From NCBI GenBank assembly GCA_951406725.2, contig OX597831.1, positions 50,468,001 to 50,532,000 of the forward strand: DNA of 64,000 bases. The letters run 5' to 3'. The stretch is from Octopus vulgaris (Eukaryota). Positions within the stretch are counted from its first letter, which is position 1, and each line of letters starts with the position of its first letter. The position numbers and the translations under genes were made by a program. The notes under the pieces were generated by a model. It made no database searches. It saw only the letters and a list, made by a program, of their open reading frames with translations, and was not told the DNA's origin. Below, piece after piece: positions 55,905 to 64,000 of the stretch.

Positions 55905-56719
55905 CAAATGAAAAATACCATACGATGGATAACTGTCAAGTAAGAAGCAGTTCTAATGAGCTGTAATGTGTATGTGTGTGTGTATGCGTGTGTTTTGTGC
56001 ATATGTATGCATATATTTCTATACACGTGTAATTTTATGCCACTCTACATAAATTAAGATAGATAGATAGATAGGTAGACAGGCGGCCAAACAAACAGAC
56101 AGACAGATAGAAAGATAGATAGATAGGTAAAAAGGTAAACGGATACCAGCATGCCTATTTTATCCGCATTTAAAATCACCTGTATCTTTTTTTAGTGCTT
56201 TTGTTTTTTATGCTACGTGATACGTGATCGAAGTTGTTGCAATATGTGTTTATGAGTTCATATAATTGTCTTTGCAAGCAAAGCCTATCATATCTGAATA
56301 CATAAAAGTGTCTTTCTGTATATAATCATGATTTTCCCGGCAATAGACAACATTTTTACTTCGGTTATCTCTCATGAATATTTCTATGATCATATAATGA
56401 TCATTTGTTTGTGTAGTCCTCGCTTTGTATTTACGTTTACAGTAATATCATTACGGCTGAAAACCCATATAATATTCAAATATTAGCCAGATCGTTAAAA
56501 CATAGTGGTTTACTAATCATAAAACAGCGGCCAAAAATAGAAATATTGTTTTTGTTGTTTACACACAAACACAGACACACACACGCACATACATTAATAC
56601 ATACATATAATGTACAAATATGTACACAAACGTATTTGTACGTTTTCATGTATATATATATGTGTGTGTGTGTGTGTGAGTGTGTGTGTGCATATATATA
56701 TATACACACACACACACAT

Positions 56720-56832
56720 ATGTATATATCGGGCTTCTTTCAGTTTCCGTCTACCAAATGCACTCACAAGGCTTTGGTCGGCCCGTGGCTATAGTAGAAG
56801 ATATTTGCCCAAGGTGCCACGCTGTGGGACTG
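56720..56832 (-). mobile_element. SINE family A head fragment
   Basis: cttctttcagtttccgtctaccaaat...ttgcccaaggtgccacgc. Confidence 0.75.
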
Positions 56833-56862
56833 ATAGGATAGAACATGTAAACACGAGGCATG

Positions 56863-56936
56863 TTCCTGCTGACGAGAGCTTCACCAAAGTAAATTATTTT
56901 ATTTGCTGAAGATGGTTTGAAACCATTGTACAGGAA
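56863..56936 (+). ncRNA. Type I hammerhead ribozyme
   Basis: Stem I ttcctg/caggaa; CTGACGA 56869-56875; stem II gagcttca.caaa...tttg.tgaag...ttt; GAAAC-CATT-GTA 56919-56930. Confidence 0.72.
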
Positions 56937-57069
56937 ATACAGGGTAAATGTTTTTATTTTTCATTCCCTTTTGAAATTAACCTTAATAGTGGTTTGGAGT
57001 TTAACTACTCCTTCTAGCGGGTCAGATGTCCTCTTAAGTGTTTAAATGTACACTGTATTTATGTGTGTG

Positions 57070-57182
<113 letters not shown>

Positions 57183-57825
57183 CTATATATACATATATAT
57201 ATATTTATACATACATACATGCTAGTGTATATGTGTGTCAGTCTGTATATATTAGTCTCAAATTTTGGCACGAGGCGAGCAATTTCGGTGAGGAAGTAAG
57301 TCGATTACATTTACCCAGTGCTCCACTGGTACTTGTTTTATTGATCTCGAAAGGATGAAAGGCAAAGTCACCAATCACGCCGGAATTTGAATGTTAGAAT
57401 GATCCGTTCCTCCACAGGAAGATTCGAGACGAAGAAATGGTGGAGATGTGAAGAAATAAAGAGTGGTAAGGAAGCGAGATGATAACGAACTGAAGTGGGG
57501 AGCTGAGATTTTGCAATATTATATCAGGAATTCTTGCGAATTGCTGGATAGCACAGAGCTATTAAGCGATGGGATATTAAGTAATCCAGCAAGGAAGTGA
57601 AAGTTGCTTCAAGAAGGTGAAAGAAGAGTATGGAAGGATAACCATGGATAGAGTTTTATTATATTCTAAAATGCAATGTAAGCAGGATTCGGAATTCAGA
57701 CCCAAAACAATTGTGGTGTATAAATGTTTTATGATCGAAAATTAACATTGACAAGCATTTCTATGGCTGCAATACAAGAAGTGAATCAACTGAATGTGTA
57801 AAGGCATACTAATACAGTGAATAAT

Positions 57826-58115
<290 letters not shown>

Positions 58116-58117
58116 TT

Positions 58118-58155
<38 letters not shown>

Positions 58156-58167
58156 GTGTGTGTGTGT

Positions 58168-58300
58168 GTCCCTTTCTGTAGAAAAGCGTAGGCTCGAAAC
58201 GTGAAAGACTTTTTCTATTCCTGAGCGTTATACTAATACATCTGTTTGTTTTGTACACCACCTGTCATTGTCTTTTGTTTTTTCCGTAAACTCTCCCTAT
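58168..58300 (+). mobile_element. Neptune-like PLE pLTR 3' end with HHR variant
   Basis: ctttctgtagaaaagcgtaggctcgaaacgtgaaagac...ctaatacatctgtttg...caccacctgtc. Confidence 0.7.
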
Positions 58301-58309
58301 ATATTATCT

Positions 58310-58317
58310 ATACATAC

Positions 58318-58348
<31 letters not shown>

Positions 58349-58496
58349 CATACATACATACATACATACATACATACATACATACATACATACATACATA
58401 CATACATGCAGGCATACATACATACATACATACATACATACATACATACATACATACATACATACATACATACATACATACATACATACATACATA
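58310..58496. repeat. (TACA)n microsatellite
   Basis: Direct reading. Confidence 0.95.
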
Positions 58497-58796
58497 GAAA
58501 GAGGCAGAGAGACCGAAAGAGATACATACGTGTACGTATATATATTTGAATGCGTGTGTCATTGAGAAATTCTGCGACATTCATATTTCTTGAGACGTGG
58601 AGTGTATAAAATTTATAGCTATCGAAATGCAAAAATAAATGCAGAAATAAATATAAATATGAAGAATAAAACTTTTACACACAATAAAACATCAGAAAAA
58701 TTACTCAACCAGAATTCTATTTCAAAACAAATTTAATACCATACTATATTATGTTAGATATTATTTAAAATGTTGTTATATCAAAGGGGGAAACAT

Positions 58797-58837
<41 letters not shown>

Positions 58838-59223
58838 TATATGTACGTGGGTGTATCAATTTGTATGCATATAAATACATACGCATACACACAAAGTACG
58901 CTATGCATTTTGAATAATACCTACATATATACATACATATGTATGCATACATGAGTGTATGTATGAATTAATATATATATATATAGATACACACAGACAC
59001 ACAAATACGCTAACATACTCACAAACACACACACATATATTTGTTTCTATATCATTTATAATAAAAACTATCTGATGGATTGCTCTATACTTTTGTAGAG
59101 TACAAATTCATTATTTTATGAAAGAACGATGTTGAGAGTGACTTCGACGTATCCACTAGTTAACCAATCGTCGTTACTCTTTATGATATTTTTGAATATA
59201 TCTTTGGTTCTTTATAAACACAG

Positions 59224-59891
<668 letters not shown>

Positions 59892-60315
59892 CATACATAT
59901 GTCTTACATTAAAATGAACTTCAATCTTGCTTGCTTGCTTGCAATGTTACACAACTCAAAATGGCGCATAATGGGAAAATACTATGAATTAAAATTTCCC
60001 TGAAATGTGAATACACAGGGTATAAAACATATTTCGCGTAAATCGGATGATTGGTCATTGAGATATTGGGTTTGGGGGTATAACTACCCAAAACAATGCA
60101 TTATGGGAAAATACTCCGAAGAAATCTTAATACTGAAAGGGCAGAAATTCTTGGCATATTTAAAAAATATTTCAAAGTGAAAATGACTCCAAAAATACGA
60201 CGAATATTTCGTAAAAGACTCGTTCGTAACCACGGTGTGAAATAATTTTATCTGTAGGTTGTCTTTTCAGTGCAATGAACCTATCTCACCTCCAAAGATT
60301 TGACTGCCGTTTCTA

Positions 60316-60372
<57 letters not shown>

Positions 60373-60557
60373 TACATCCACTCACAACAAACAGTTAGTG
60401 GGTAGGAAACGGGATTATTCCGCTGTATTTATCATGTAATAATAATTTAAGTGTATTTCTACTTGGATCCGCTAAAGGAGCTTTCAATGACAGCCACATG
60501 ATTCTATGAATCCATATTTTACACTACAAATTTACATTTATGAGTATATATGCTTAC

Positions 60558-60601
<44 letters not shown>

Positions 60602-60614
60602 ACATGATCAAAGA

Positions 60615-61462
60615 TGAAACCATTCTAATGATTTTATCAAGTGGCCAGCGCGTAATAAAAGCATACAGGCAAGAATTTATACAAATATATAATTCTATAA
60701 ATATGATTATAATAAAGGGTGCGGATAAACCCCACCTACGCGTTAGATATGCATTCCAAATGGCTCTAAAACCGCATCAACACTCTGTTAGCACAGGTTG
60801 TAAGCGAGCTGATGAATAAATAAATACGATTTTTTAAAAAAGGGTTAGTTATAGATTAAGTTTTGGCTGAGGGATGTAAAACCCTTTGCTACCATTAGTA
60901 TAGTACGCCCATGTTATATAAATACAAATATTTATTGATAGCCATACGAACAACATATATCTGCACGAATATATACATAATTCGTATCAATACACTAGTT
61001 AGATCTAATTTACTCGTCTTAACCAGATGTGTTTACAATCAAAATAATATCGCAGTGAATATAATTTGATCAGGAGTAAAAAAATATATTTATACATAAT
61101 TAAATATAAAACTATTTTAATGATTTTATCAACTGACCAGCGTAAAAGTTTATACTAATATATAATTATAGAGATGTAATTATATTAAAAGTTGCGGATA
61201 AAACCCACCAACACACTGGAAATAGACGTCAAATGGCTCTTAAAAGCCCATCAGGTTATAGGATTTTTCTGGTTTTTAGAGTCATTTACATCCCTAACTC
61301 AGAAATTTACCTATAACTAACCCATTTTAAAAATATTTTATATATTTATTCATCTTACAACCTGGGCTAACGGGAGTGTTGATGTGACTTTTAGAGTAAT
61401 TTGGCGTCTGTTCCTAGAGTGGTGGTGGAATTTATCTGGACCCTTTAATATAATTATATTTA

Positions 61463-61467
<5 letters not shown>
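60615..61467. repeat. Tandem plus inverted copies of a ~180-260-bp unit between (TA)n tracts
   Basis: 60695-60880 is inverted at 61285-61467; 60621-60780 is repeated directly at ~61113-61252. Confidence 0.7.
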
Positions 61468-61509
<42 letters not shown>

Positions 61510-61715
61510 TCATACACATATATAATTATATATGTGTATATATATAATTAAATAAGGGTAGCAAATTATATTAATCAATTAAAATCAGTGGCCTAGCATA
61601 TTTAAAAAATCCGAAGATTAAAAATTTTTTACATACAAAATTTAGAAGATTGACTAAACGTGGACAGCCTGTATGCTAGATATAGACGTCAAAATCGCCA
61701 TTTTCCTCTAAATTT

Positions 61716-61794
<79 letters not shown>

Positions 61795-61795
<1 letters not shown>

Positions 61796-62165
61796 AGTGA
61801 TGTCCCCAAAAAGTGTACTCACCTTTTGACTCCCCATAATTCACTGAATTTTTCAATTCTTTTCATAGCAATTTGTCTCTAATAATGACAGAAGTACGAC
61901 AGAAGTTTTGAAGCAAGAACATTTATCATAAGGTATTATTGGAAGTACGGTAATATGGAAGTACAAAGACAATGTAGAGGATATTTTCATAAAGATCCAG
62001 TAGTGCGACACAACATTGTTCGCATACGAGATAAGTTTGAATCAGATAGAACTCTGCATAACGTCCATAAGGAGCGTTCAGGAGGACCGAGGTCATCAAC
62101 CAGCCCCGTCAACGAAAAGTTGCTGGAAACCCTCTGGCAATTCCCACAGAAATCTTTACGACGAA
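61795..62165 (+). mobile_element. Tc1/mariner-superfamily 5' fragment (N-terminal HTH)
   Basis: MEVQRQ...IVRIRDKFESDRTLHNVHKERSGGPRSS resembles Tc/mariner N-terminal HTH with an RSGRP-like motif. Confidence 0.6.
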
Positions 62166-62344
62166 TAGATACATACATACATACACAGACACATGCACGT
62201 CACAAAATCTTCAGAAACGAGTAAGCAATTGATTTTGATTGGGTGACTGATTGCAAAAAAAAAAAAAAAAAAAATTACGGTGTATACAAGCTGCCAGTGA
62301 TGTGGGGTTGTTAACGTAAATAGTGAAAAAAATTTACAAATAAT

Positions 62345-62535
62345 GGGCGTAGGAGTGGCTTTGTGGTAAGTAGCTTCCTTACGAACCACATGGTGCCGGC
62401 TTCAGTCCCACTGCGTGGCAGCTTGAGCAAGTGTCTTCTGCTATAGCTTCGGGCCAACCAAAGCCTTGTGAGTAGATTTGGTAGACGGAAACGGAAAGAA
62501 ACACGTCGTATATATGTATATATATATATATATTT

Positions 62536-62619
<84 letters not shown>

Positions 62620-62860
62620 AGAGAGAGAGAGAGATGTGTGTATATATGTTTGTGTGTCTATGTTTGTCCCCCAGCATCGCTTGAGATCCGATGCTGGTGT
62701 GTTTACGTCTCCGTAACTTAGCGGTTCGGCAAAAAGAAACCGATAGAATAAGTACTAGGCTTACAAAGAATAAGTCCTGGGGTCTATTTGCTCGACTAAA
62801 AGCGGTGCTCCAGCATGCCCACAGTCCAATGACTGAAACAAGTAAAAGAGTAAAAGAGTA
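62345..62860 (+). mobile_element. SINE family A, full length
   Basis: Matches 12521 and 39558. Confidence 0.85.
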
Positions 62861-63619
62861 ATCAAATTGAAAAGCATTTGAATAACAGCGATTAAAAACG
62901 GATAGAATATAGAAATATAGAAGATAGAAATTGCAAATTATAAAAAGGAACAGTAGGATTGAAACACTACGTATTTAGAGTCGAAATTATGATGAAAGAT
63001 TAGGATTTTTTTTTAAAATGAATAGAAGCTATAATGAGAAAATATAAGAAATAAACAAATATCCAAAAGATATATAATGCTACATATAAGGGAAAAGAAT
63101 GGAGAATAAATGATAGCAAAATAAAGATAATCGAAGTCAAAATGTAAAGACGGAAAAAGGGAGGAGGAGGAAGAAATAATAAAGCAAAAAGCGGGAGAGA
63201 AAGAGATAGATAAAACAGTGAAAATTAGACAAGAAAGGAAAGAATTAATAAAAGAATTCAGGAAAGAAATGAAATAATTAATAATATAGTACATAGTAGG
63301 AAGAGAGAGAGGAGAGAGAAACTATTTTGACGTTAAAGAGGTAACGAATGTAAAGTATCGATGGTTATGTCCAGGTGGTTGGGCAGAGGGGAAAATTAAA
63401 AGCAGTAAGCTTTCTAGCAATGGTGAAAGCATTGTAGAAAAATGCGAATACAGATCCAGAGATAAATACGAATACAGATACAGAGATAAAAATGTGTAAA
63501 TGAAAGAGCATTTGAAAGCATATATATTTAAATATAAACATATAAACAAGTGCTTACTAACCACCAACAACAATCATACCCAAACACACACACACAAACA
63601 TACATACATACATACGTAC

Positions 63620-63650
<31 letters not shown>

Positions 63651-63676
63651 TACATTATATATATATGCATACATAC

Positions 63677-63714
<38 letters not shown>

Positions 63715-63731
63715 TACATTATATATATATG

Positions 63732-63765
<34 letters not shown>

Positions 63766-63929
63766 CATTATATATATATATATATATAACTTTATCTAAC
63801 TAGGGCAGGGTCATTTAACTTGCTGTGCTAGCTTCCCATAAATATAATCAGGTTAAAGTTTTTCGAGGCTTTTAGAGTTATATATATATATCAATACAAA
63901 AAGATACTATAATGATATATTAATATATC

Positions 63930-64000
63930 ATGTGATCACGTGACCGACCAGGCTATCAGATATTGCCACACATCGCTGGTCACAATGCGCTTCGCATTGT
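63930..64000 (-). mobile_element. SINE family C 3' end (cut by window edge)
   Basis: gtgatcacgtgaccgaccag...catcgctggtcacaatgcg. Confidence 0.75.

Overview
AT-rich eukaryotic DNA packed with microsatellites and repeats. I found no supportable host gene. The (TA)n/(CA)n/(GATA)n density and the SINE families suggest an octopod cephalopod (inference from repeat style, not verified). Most of the ORF track is translated microsatellite. Real coding signal comes from mobile elements: Penelope-like retroelements (PLEs; Hydra-like, Neptune-like, possibly Poseidon-like), three L1/Tx1-like LINE fragments, and mariner, Tc1 and pogo remnants. Helitron/Helentron-like elements, a MITE and at least four SINE families are also present. 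The main theme is a set of hammerhead-ribozyme (HHR)-bearing elements beside microsatellites, mostly (TA)n. (i) A young 5'-inverted Hydra-like PLE (4184-6832) has 441-bp inverted arms, an HHR on each strand and an open RT-less thumb+GIY-YIG frame. (ii) Two short non-coding elements carry intact-looking HHRs (56863, 59431). (iii) A four-copy HHR variant family has a non-canonical core. (iv) Three modules place a long rod-like hairpin before an HHR-like motif and a tail ending in (TA)n; one is a ~470-nt foldback whose 5' arm pairs with the ribozyme core. All alignments and pairings were done by eye, so the boundaries of decayed repeats are approximate.
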